Source of the DNA: Anthoceros angustus
Lineage: Eukaryota > Plantae > Anthocerotophyta
Reading direction: 5' to 3'
DNA: 64,000 nt
NCBI GenBank assembly: GCA_010909165.1
Contig: VJWM01000003.1
Location: 411,949-475,948, forward strand
Shown in pieces: positions 10,858 through 20,945 of this stretch (positions are counted from its first letter, which is position 1; every line of letters starts with the position of its first letter). Below the pieces are notes generated by a model. That model searched no databases and was not told the origin of the DNA. It was given only the letters and a program-made list of their open reading frames with translations. The translations under genes were made by a program, and so were the position numbers.

Positions 10858-13012
10858 AGTTATAATATTGTGCACGTAATATATAAACTATTCAATGTTC
10901 CTAGTTATGACATTGTGAGCGCTCGGGTGACTTTAGACATGATGAATTGCTGCTTCTTTACTCCGACCATTGATTACTCCAACCCTTGAGGTCTTCACCA
11001 GTAGATGCGCTGTAACAAAAATGTATTCTTCTTTGGAAGGCCGGATATTATTACCTATACACGAGTGCAACGTCCGGAGTGAGAAAAATAATACTTGACA
11101 CGGATACACGTGTCTCGCACGGAATAGGGATACACAGGGTGGCGTGCAGGTTAGGTATTTGGGGAACGTCGAAGGGGAACGATTGGAGGCGCGATGGGCG
11201 CGCGCCATTACTGCGGCACAGTCGCTTTTTCGCTAAACGGTAAGTCAACGAATATCTATCCGTGCGTTTGCTGTGTGAATGGAGAAATAAATTAATCCAG
11301 TTTTTCTGTTCACGCGATGCTGGCATCGAACTCGCCTTCGCCGGCTGCCGGCATTGACAGCGGGCGACAACGTGATGCGCGAGCGCGGCTAGGCGAAGGC
11401 AGTGGCAGTGGCGTGGTACAGGGCAGCAGCGCAGGCGAGGCTCCATCAGCTGTCAGATGCAACCCCCAAGGACGCTCTCTGACGGCTGTGCGCTGCAGCT
11501 CTCTGTTTACTTTCATTTGCATTGGTTTGCTTGCCTTTGCCCTGTCCACCTCCTGTCCTCTTGTCCGGGCGTGTCCTTTGATGAGAATGTCATGCGTCCG
11601 CCTATCCCCATGCGAGCTCGCTCCAGGCCGTCCTTGGCACACACCGCTGGGCTGTGCCCTTGCACGGCAACTGCATGTGGCCCTGATCAGTCACTGTAGC
11701 ATGCGGAATTGATGGCCCAGGCAAAGATCTGATGGTAACCTGCTGCACAGTTGGCAGGTCGGGTTTCGGTGTTACGTCCGCTTCTATTTGCTGGCCGGGA
11801 GGACAAATTTTATTATGGAGCACTGCTTCTTGGATCTGACATGGTTTAACGCTTCAAGGGATGCACTGATGTTGAGTTTCAACATCATGGAAGGACAGAT
11901 CGGGAGGCGTGATATCACCGAACTGGCGGTGTTTGTCTGTAAGCTCATGAGCAGTCAGAGAGGGGACGGATCGTGTGGAGAAGCCCTTGAATTGCAGTCC
12001 AGCGACAGTCTGTCACAGCGTTTGCCCGTAGAGTGCCTTTTCCGTTGCCCTTGTGTGCAGGCTAGCAGCAGTCAGGAGAAAGTATGCTGCGGTCACAAGT
12101 GGAACCTTGAGACCGCTGGTGAGGGCAAGGGAAGGACATGCAGGATGTTCAGGATGTCAAGGTGATGTGGACTTGAGTGGTGAAGGAGCGGCCCAGACAG
12201 CTCATGCCAGTGATATTGTGAGCAGATTGTGTGGATTATTGGTGCTCATTCAGAATTCCGTGATGCTGAACCATCCTGCATCTGATTCTCTGCGTGCATG
12301 CGCGGCTGCTTTCACAGACGAGCCACCTGTGATCACTGCTCCTGGCTCCCCATCACTTGGAGGTAGGAATGACACTGACTAGTCGCACACAAACTCTGTG
12401 CTGATCTGAGTCCAAGCAATTCAAATCCACCTGACTAGGAGGACGGACAGAGTGAAAACGTGAATCTCGTTGCCGATTTCCACCAAAGCCACATACCACC
12501 AGAGAGGAGCACAATCTGGAAGTCTGGAGACCAATAATGCTTTCTAAACAGCGACTTGTAAGGGCTCTTCGGCCATGTTCTCGGATCATTTTACAGGTCA
12601 GCTTATCTTCGTACCCGTCTTCGGTGGTGGTAGTTGTCTCCAGCTCCAAGCTGGACAGGAAATGTTTGACGTGCTGTGGGATATGGTCTGTGACAACGAT
12701 AACCATAGAACGGACAGGACCACTTACCTTTGCCTTTAGTCTAGATGCGAATGTATCCTCCGAAAGGAATGAACTATCTCCTTTCGTAGCCTTCAGCTGT
12801 GCCACCTGCTCCCAATTTGGATAGGTGGCTTCTGTTGTGATTCTGAAGTCTGGAAAGTGACATCGAGCTAACCGTAGAATGAACAGGCATAGTGGTCCTA
12901 TCTTTTACCCTAGAGATATGAAAAAATCCTAGAGAGAAATGGCGTAAGTTTCTCTAAATGTCACGCTACTCTTGTACGTACCATCGGCCTTGACTCAAAA
13001 TCTGAGTTGTAG

Positions 13013-15944
13013 CTAAGTGTCCACAGGCTTCCAGCAACTAAGCTTAGAATGGTCTATGATACGTTCACCCTTCTTGTTCATCAAAATCAGGTCCTCAAAC
13101 TCCGCATTCCATTTCACATCGTCGTCAGCCACACAATAGTGTTGGACATGGAAAATTGACTGCATTGTAGATCGTTCAATTCCAACCTGAAAACAAATGA
13201 CCAGTTCAATTCATTCCCGAACCCCTGACTCTTGGAGCCACGAATCATTTAATATTTTCATTTCAGTAAAAAAAAAAAAAAAGAGAACCATGAAGTTGAC
13301 AGAACAACACTTACCACACTGAGCACAAAAATGGCGTCCTCCTTGTCCAGCATTGCAGGTGATCGTCCATAGAGCGGACTGGATTCATCGATCACATGAC
13401 GCACCGTCATGCCGAAATGCAGGTAAGAAATCTCTGGTCGTATCTGAGTCGCCCCATTATACATCTATCAAAGGCGGCTTCAGTTTCTGCATAAGCCAAA
13501 GTGCTGAAGCTAGTCTATGGAAATGTACACCAGTCCCTTGTTTGGAAGTATGCCTACCAGTTTCAGAGACTGCATTGATCGGAAATAGCTGCCACTTCGC
13601 GTCACTGTGTTGTATCTGTATGAGAGATCAACCTTCACATCTACAAGTTCACATGGTTGTGGTCCCGCTAACACGTATCTGGCCATCAGCACACTGACAA
13701 TGCAACGTGTGAGTGTCACTGGAAACGCAGTGGATGATACCTTCAGCTTCATCTGAGACAACACTGGTATACTCACTTGTACAGCTGTGGTTTTTGCCTC
13801 CTCTTCTGTTGTACTGCAGGGCAGACGAGGGCCACAGTCGAGCATTTCACCGGCTGGGATGGTTGTGATAGGCGAGCAAATACTGCACGCAAGAATGACG
13901 ACATCTGAGGAAGGTTTAGGGTTTAGGATCAACATCCCAAGCATGGTGAAAGCAGGAGATGAGGTGATGCACACCTGCACCACTCAAGAAGACGAACACA
14001 AGTTGGCCCACCAACGCATTGATGTTGGCAACCACGAGGGTGTATGGTGACAGAGGTGCTAACTCAGGCTGCAGCCCAGTTGATAAGGAGAGGCTGAACA
14101 TGAAGACTTGGAACAGAGTTTCCCACGAGATTTGGAGTGAGAAGGAGTCCGAGAGGTGGAGAAACTGCCTTGCCGTTTCATCCACTGCCAAGCCTCCGAA
14201 TTCGGGCAGATATAGGAGGGTGAAGACCATACTGACCAGAATTGGTGCGGCGAACATGCCAACCGCAAATTCTAAAGGCGGCCATCTTAACATGTATACA
14301 TAACAGTCGTGCATCATGGTAAGCAGCCCATTATCCTGTTGCAGAACTTGAAAATTCTGAAAGCCTCGCAGGCCACGATATTCTGGATCATCCGCTTTTG
14401 TGAAAGCCGTGAACTCGTCATCACTGTCACTACTACTTTCGTTGTCCGCCGTTAAGAAGTCGGTAACTTTGCTTGTCACCTGTGCAGCAGCGACTGTCAC
14501 CTGCTCAGCAGTGGTACTAACTTGGTCGACCACCTGGCCAGCCTGCTCAATCACAGCATCAGGTAGAATTTCAGCAACTTGGTCCACCACCTGTTGCCCT
14601 GTCTTCACAACCTTGTCTGCAACGACAGCTATTATTTGAGGCAGAAGAGAGGTGGCGACTGCTACAGTCTCAGTATCATCTGAAAGTACCTGCTCAGCCA
14701 GAGCAACTCTGGCCTCGTCGACTTGTTGCAGGACATGGAGTGCTGTCCCATTTCCACTATGCAGTTCCGCCTTTGGACTATGCTGCCCGACCTCTGTACT
14801 TGGCCGCGTAGTGCCGTTCAGAGGCTGACTGGTTGAAGCAGAGTTTGGATCTGAATGGCTATGGAGCATCACTTCTTCCGTGTGTGGCAATGCGGATGCT
14901 GATGCAATATCCTGCCCTACCACATCTATGTTCTCTGCTGCACCATTATGAGCCGAATTAGCTGGTTGCTCGGCCTCATGAGGAGGCAGCCTGATATCTG
15001 AATTGACTGGCATAGCTCCCCTTGAACTTCCAGCTGATGCCTCACCACTGGCTGCACGTGCCATGGCCCCCACCCCGTGCAAAGGTTCACCAGCTCCCGC
15101 AGCAATATCATCTGGACTGCCCGCATTTTCCACCACAGACTCCAAGGTATGTTCCTCGGTTGACGCATTCAGATGCAGCCTTTTCACACTCTTCCTACGT
15201 TTTGATTTGAAGGACTGCCTGCGCTGCTGCATTTGTGCTTGCTGCAACGCAAACTTCTCTGCCCGAAGAACTTCATCCGTTGAGCCTTCAGCTTCACATG
15301 CATGACTCGGAACAGCACTTCCTTTCTTTGTATCATCTTCCTGACAAACACTGATGACATCTCCTTGACCTTTCCAGGACTTACCATTTCTCCCAGTCAC
15401 ACCAAGACCCTCGGTTCCTGAACATGGAATTGATCCCAACCCAGCTTCACCAACACCACGCCCGGTGATTTCCTCAAACTGCTCAATATGCCCATCCTGA
15501 CAGTTCTCCTCAGTACACTCGTCTTCGATCTCCTCATTCACATCACGATCCTGTAGTCCAGTCCAGCAACCACAGCACCCAAATCAGACTTCTCCTTCAC
15601 ATTTCAAACCCATACCTCATCACCAACACAAGAAACAGAAACAAGAAACCAGGCTCTGAACAGACCACACCAACCTTAGCACTGTCCCCATCAACTTCAT
15701 TGTCCCGCCGTGGCGGCGTTCGAGTCCTCCTTGACTTCCTTGATGCATTAGCACCGTGCACCGCGCCCGCAGTCCTGCCCAATCCCGCTTGAGCAACAAC
15801 CACAACCCGGGCTTGACAAGTTTTCGTCGAAGCAAGGGCACACCATCTCCCTCGTCCTCTCCATTGGACACCATTTTCAGATCCTACCTTGTAAACCCAA
15901 CACCCTGCCCTCCCCAGACCCGGAACAGCAACTAATGAAGACAT
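13013..15944 (-). CDS. Inward-rectifier (Kir/IRK)-fold channel with a non-canonical pore loop, long N-terminal extension and putative plastid transit peptide; 6 exons
   Basis: Exons ~15944-15675, 15550-13975, 13882-13777, ~13694-13558, ~13443-13315 and ~13186-13013. Slide helix/TM1: HDCYVYMLRWPPLEFAVGMF..LVSMVFTLLY. TM2: PLSPYTLVVANINALVGQLVFVFLSGAVFARLSQP (KirBac-like GLVFARF.RP). Cytoplasmic domain: VLMARY...VRHVIDESSPLYG...FVLSVVGIERST...KWNAEFEDL...IIDHSKL. Confidence 0.9.
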
Positions 15945-16539
15945 GGAATCAACTCCACCCACACAATTCCTCAGACAATCGTCTGCTCCTGATTGCAACC
16001 CAGTGTCTGACCATGGACAGTGAGCCTGAATGCTTGCTAACTGTGCAGAATACAGAGACTGGACTTCACCTACTCAGCAAGCTCACTGCAGCTCATCAGC
16101 CCACAGAAAATCCCGTTCTACTCCCTGCAGAACGGTTCGGTTAGACATGGCGGGCACCCGACTCGCTTGGAAACTATTTGAACTCCAATGTGGGCTCTGT
16201 TGGTTCCACCCATGGGAGTCCCGTGCTCCGATCCTGCTCGTCTCTGTTTCTGTTGAGGCACAAACTCAAGTCCCTTTCACCATCTGTCTTCTGTTTTCAT
16301 GTGTCCTGTTCCAAGTTCACGGCCTGGAAGTCCACATTTGTCAACAATTGAGGCATCCACGACACCGCCAGTCAGTCAAGTGTGGCGTCTGGTCAAAACC
16401 TGTCATCAGTTTTTAAGGGAAATGGAGAAATGACACGCGGGCTACACTGTAGCCATTGCCTTGTCCACTGCATTGTTCGCACGTCCTAGTTACGTAACTG
16501 GTGGCCAAACTCAAATGAAAGCCACTTCATTTGTGTAAC

Positions 16540-16830
16540 GACTAACGAGGGACTCACGTAGCCGAAAAGGAGACTTTATGTAGGGAAAAAAAAAATCATC
16601 TACCCCGAAAAAAAAGGTGGGGAGGGAGAAACCCATCGAAGGGAATAAGCCAACTGGGCCGAGAATTTTGTGGTCCGGAATGTGGAAAGGCCTACCTACC
16701 ACTGGTGCCGAAGAAGCCGCATCGGAGTACATCGCGTTTGCCAGCGCCCTCCGGAGAAACTCACGTAGCCTACCGCATAGAAGCGGGTTGAAGGGAGGTG
16801 GAGGGGGGAAGGGGTTGTTGACAGCGGTGC
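16540..16830 (-). mobile_element. Short 3' fragment of the CRE-like family, copy C
   Basis: LRRALANAMYSDAASSAPVVGRPF matches LQRALSTVILHKAAVACDAFSSFSVVCRPF of the 20.3-kb copy. Followed by gatgggtttctccc and ttttttccctacataaag. Confidence 0.6.
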
Positions 16831-17021
16831 CATGGAATTCCCGTGGACAAAATGTTGTACGAATCTAAGTACGTTGTTACTTGAAAATAAAATGTATAGT
16901 TGATAAAGATGTTTAAAATTTTTCAATATCCAACATGCATCCCCTACCCAGCTAGGTAACATGCATCCTCCACCGCCCAAGAGAACGCATCTTTCTATTT
17001 GGATGTTTGGTCCATTTACTT

Positions 17022-17288
17022 TCATTTCAAAGAAGACAACCGAGATCCGCGATCCCCCATCTTCGGCCATGGATCTTTAGTCATTTTCTTTTTTATCCAT
17101 CGAAAGCCACTCCTTATTGAGTCCTTTATCTTGCCAGGCACAGCAAATGAGTTGTAGGACTGAAGACGTCGTTCCCTTGATTCTTTATTGCTGAAGCGGC
17201 TCCTCATTAAGCCCTTAAAGGATATGTTGCCGGGCACGGAAATCCTAAGACATTCTTCCGTTGTTTCATCTGTGTCGATTAAACTCAT
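17022..17288 (-). CDS. Small intronless DUF3511-family plant protein (88 aa)
   Basis: FSNKESRERRLQSYNSFAVPGKIKDSIRSGFRWIKKK matches the DUF3511 core as recalled (F-S-D-P-E..R.KRVASYK.Y.VEGK.K.S.R..FRWIK). Confidence 0.7.
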   Translation of the reverse strand: MSLIDTDETTEECLRISVPGNISFKGLMRSRFSNKESRERRLQSYNSFAVPGKIKDSIRSGFRWIKKKMTKDPWPKMGDRGSRLSSLK

Positions 17289-18420
17289 TCTGAAAAAAGA
17301 ACACTTGTAACAAAAAAAACCCTTGTTATCGATGTAAAATATCCAACAAGTAATTTTTTTAAGTGAGTTAAAATGCACGGCAAGTATTATCATCACAAAA
17401 ACTGAAAATCAATTAAAATTGTATTCATCTTGCAAAAATAATACTTGCAATAAAAAAACCTTCATTACCCGCGTGAATTCATGATGAATAATTTTTTGAA
17501 GCGAGTTCAAATGCACAACAAGTATTGTGTTTATATCACAAAGCCTCGAGATGAAGAGAGTTGAAATCGTAGCTGGCCTTTATAAAGAGCAATGAGTTAG
17601 CTTAACTTGGAATCTATTAGATTAGAGTAGCTTCCCAAACCCTAAAATAACTGGGCTTACCGATCTCTCCTGTATTAATAAAGTATGTTCGACTTTAGAA
17701 TAGTACTATAAATAATGTTTGGGTAGAAATAGATTTCTCTTGCAAAAAAGGGTTATGACTAAAATCCCCTCTTTTTTTGGTGAAAACGTGTATTTGCTTT
17801 TTTTGTTTTTTGGCATTTTTTTGGGCGTTCTCTAATAGAAACGTGGTGTTAAATTCGCGGTGCCCACACCTTGCATGATCATTTGGTCACACTTTGCCTG
17901 ATCCATAGATGGGCACCACGATTTTGAAGGGTGAACGTATCAAAACCGTCATTTACACACTATTTAGGCATGTCCGCCGTTCATCCCATACAAGCGCTTC
18001 TCTTAGAAAATAGACGAACTGAGATGTAAAGACTCTAAACATCTGTATTCCTACCGATCGTGAGAATAACCTTATTTCAGAAAACCTCAAAATTGGATAA
18101 ATTCTAAAATCGAATACGTTTATAAATAAATTTATAATATTTATAAATATGTTGTATAAATAAATTTATAAATATAATTATAAATATATTTATACATATG
18201 TTTATAATGTGGAACAATACGCAAGTATCTTGTAAATGCCTCAAAATCTTCCAAAGAAAGAACTTGTATGAAACCAAATGTTAGTTTTTGTATCCGTAGA
18301 TAAGAATACTGAACAGTAATTTCTCTCGTTTCAATCTTCTCTTTGAAAGACTGCATATTTATGTGCTTACAACGCTAGTTTAATCTCCTAGAATCCGCCA
18401 CGCTCTATAATAGTGGTCAT

Positions 18421-19856
18421 GAGGACTACATAAACCTAAATGGATTTTTCTTGTAAAATGAGCAGAATAGTGAGGACTAATAACCCGTGCAAACTTTTCC
18501 TGTAAGATGAGCAGAACAATGGAAACTACTAAATTATCCTGCACACTTTTCTTGTAAGATGAGCATTTATAAAAGTGGGAACTACTAACCCCTACATACT
18601 TTTCTTGTCATATGAGCACACAGTGGGAATTTCTTATGATTCATAAGGACTTTTATCTTGAGATAAGCAGAACAATGAGGATTATTATTCCATGCGGACT
18701 TTTCTTGTAAGATGAGCAGAACAGTGGGCATTACTAATCCATGCGAATTATTCTTGTGAGATGAGCGGAATAGTGTGAACTACTAACCCATGTGGACTAT
18801 TCTCGTAAGATAAGCAGAACAGTGAGGACTACTTACCCATGCAAACTTTTCTTGTTAGATGGGCAAATCTTGAGGGCTTTTAATCGATGCGCACTTCTCT
18901 TATCAGATTAATAGAAACAGTGCGAACTACTAATCCGTACACACTTCTCTTATATAATGAGCAAAACAGTGGGGACTACTAATCCATGCACACTTCTCTT
19001 ATAACATGAGCAGAACACTGGGGACTACTAACCTGTGCACACTTCTCTAATAACATGAGCAGAATACTGAGGACTACTAACCCGTGCACACTTCTTATAA
19101 CATGAGCAGAACACTGGAAACTACTAACCTGTGCATACTTCTCTTATAACATGAGCAAAACATTGGGGACTACTAATTCGTGCACACTTCTCTCATATCT
19201 TGAGCAGAACAGTGGGGACTACTAACCCGTGCACACTTCTCTTATAACCTGAGTAGAACACTAGGGACTACTAACCCATACGGACTATTCTTATCAGATG
19301 AGAAGAATAATGGGGACTACTAGCCCATGTATACTTTTCTTGTGAGATGAGCAAACAATGGGGACTACTTATTATCATGCAGACTTTTCTTGTAACATGA
19401 GCAAAACAACCAAGGGACTGCAAATCCAAGCAAACTTTTCTTGTAAGATGAGCAAACAGTGAGGACTACTAATTGATGTGGACTTTCCTTGTTATATGAG
19501 CAGTACAGTAGGGAATACTAACCGTGCACATTTCTCTTGTAAGAAAAGCATAACAGTGGGGACTACGATTCAATGTGGACTATTCCCGTCAGATGAGCAG
19601 AATAATAGGGACTACTAGCCGATGAATACTTTTTTTATGAGATGAGCAAACAGTGAGGACGAGCAACCTATTTGAACTTTTCCTCTAAGATGAACAAACA
19701 GTGAGGACTATCAACCCATTTAAACTTTTCTTGTAAGATGAGCAGCAATCAATAAAGACCTCTAACCGATGCGGATTTTTTCTTGTTAGATGAGCAGACT
19801 ATAGAGTCTTAGGGACTACTAACTTAAGCAAACTTTTCTTCTAAGATGAGCAAACA
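18421..19856. repeat. Degenerate minisatellite, ~49-bp unit, roughly 28-29 copies
   Basis: Consensus by eye: atgagcagaacagtggggactactaacccgtgcacacttctcttgtaag. Units are 47-50 bp with many substitutions. Confidence 0.9.
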
Positions 19857-20169
19857 AATAAAGCATGGCAGACACAAATAGCAAATCACTAGTAGGTGGG
19901 TTGGTTACTCAATGGGCAAGGTCCACATCATAAATGACTTTGTGCAATTAGCCTAGGTGAGATCTATAATATTCACTCAAGAACAAAGCCATCTAAGATG
20001 ACTAATCAAGAAACCTTTCAAACGAGGGCCATCATCTCAATTTTCTTCCATTCAACTGAATTGAAAGATGATCTCGCGCTTTACAGTCTTCCACATGGGA
20101 AACTGATTGTTGTTTGGTCAATGAGGATGTTACAAACAACTAGTCCAAAGTGCTTGCTCGTAATAGAAT

Positions 20170-20945
20170 GAGCACGCTTATATTTAAGGAAAGTATGTTT
20201 TATTGAGGGAAAAACGATGGGAGAAAACCCATCTAGCAGGGAACAATGAAGGGAAAACCCTGAGGGTGAAGGTAAAAAGCAGCAACTAAGCTCCTTATCT
20301 AAAGTTACCTACTGCTCCTAGAGCATCATTTGCAGAAAGAACAAATGGCCTGCAAACTACGGAGAAAGAGGAAAAAGCGTCACATGCCACCGCCGCCTTG
20401 TGAAGGATTACCGTCGAGAGGGCCCTTTGAAGGGCAATGGAGACTTGTTGTCTGAAGTAAACTGTGAAAAGGGACAAGATACCCGCAAGTATCGCCCACA
20501 CCATGCCTGCGTGCGTGGTAGGATTTGGCACAAGACAGGAGAAATTTATCGAAGTTCGCAGCCATGGCCCTATACGTTTCGAGTGTGAGCGGAATAAAGA
20601 AGTGGCTCGCTTCGTCCCTACAGATTGACCAGAGTCATGAGAGGGCGCACCCCAACCAAGATGGTTGGTGATAACTTGAGCGAAGATGGTGTCTCCAGCA
20701 AAGTCAGTAACCATCACGTCCGCCACCGAAACCGTGGACAAAGTACAAGTCAGCCCTTATCGAGCGACCTGTTCGAAGAATGTACCCTCGCTCCCTTCAG
20801 GCCATGTAACTGCTTTCGCTAGTAATGGCAAACATGACATCGCGGATAGCGTCGTGGGTGGCGATGCGGTGACCCCCATTGGGACAACGAGCAAGTGTAC
20901 CCCAAAGTCATCGCGCACTCGTAGGTAAGGAGGGAAGATGCCAAA
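20170..20945 (-). mobile_element. 5'-truncated, decayed CRE-like non-LTR retrotransposon, copy B
   Basis: HLL..CPNGGHRIATHDAIRDVMFAIT...RERGYILRTGRSIRADLYLSTVSVADVMVTD (zinc knuckle plus RLE R-x-D...D-V motif), then SYHARRHG...YFRQQVSIALQRAL. The 3' UTR has GATGGGttttctCCCATC then ccctcaataaaa. Confidence 0.8.

Noticed and set aside
11317-12382. Possible spliced plus-strand gene convergent with the Kir channel
   Set aside because: Some splice-like sites and a hydrophobic stretch exist, but I could not join the exons into a consistent frame or recognise a family; needs RNA-seq.
13013-15944. Direct evidence that the Kir-fold channel is a pyrenoid component
   Set aside because: No Chlamydomonas-type Rubisco-binding motif ([D/N]W[R/K]xx[L/I/V/A]) was seen, and the host species is only inferred; the link remains a hypothesis.
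18421-19856. 49-bp array as a CRISPR or coding repeat
   Set aside because: Variation is spread through the unit with no constant-repeat/unique-spacer pattern; the period is not a multiple of 3 and no ORF is present.
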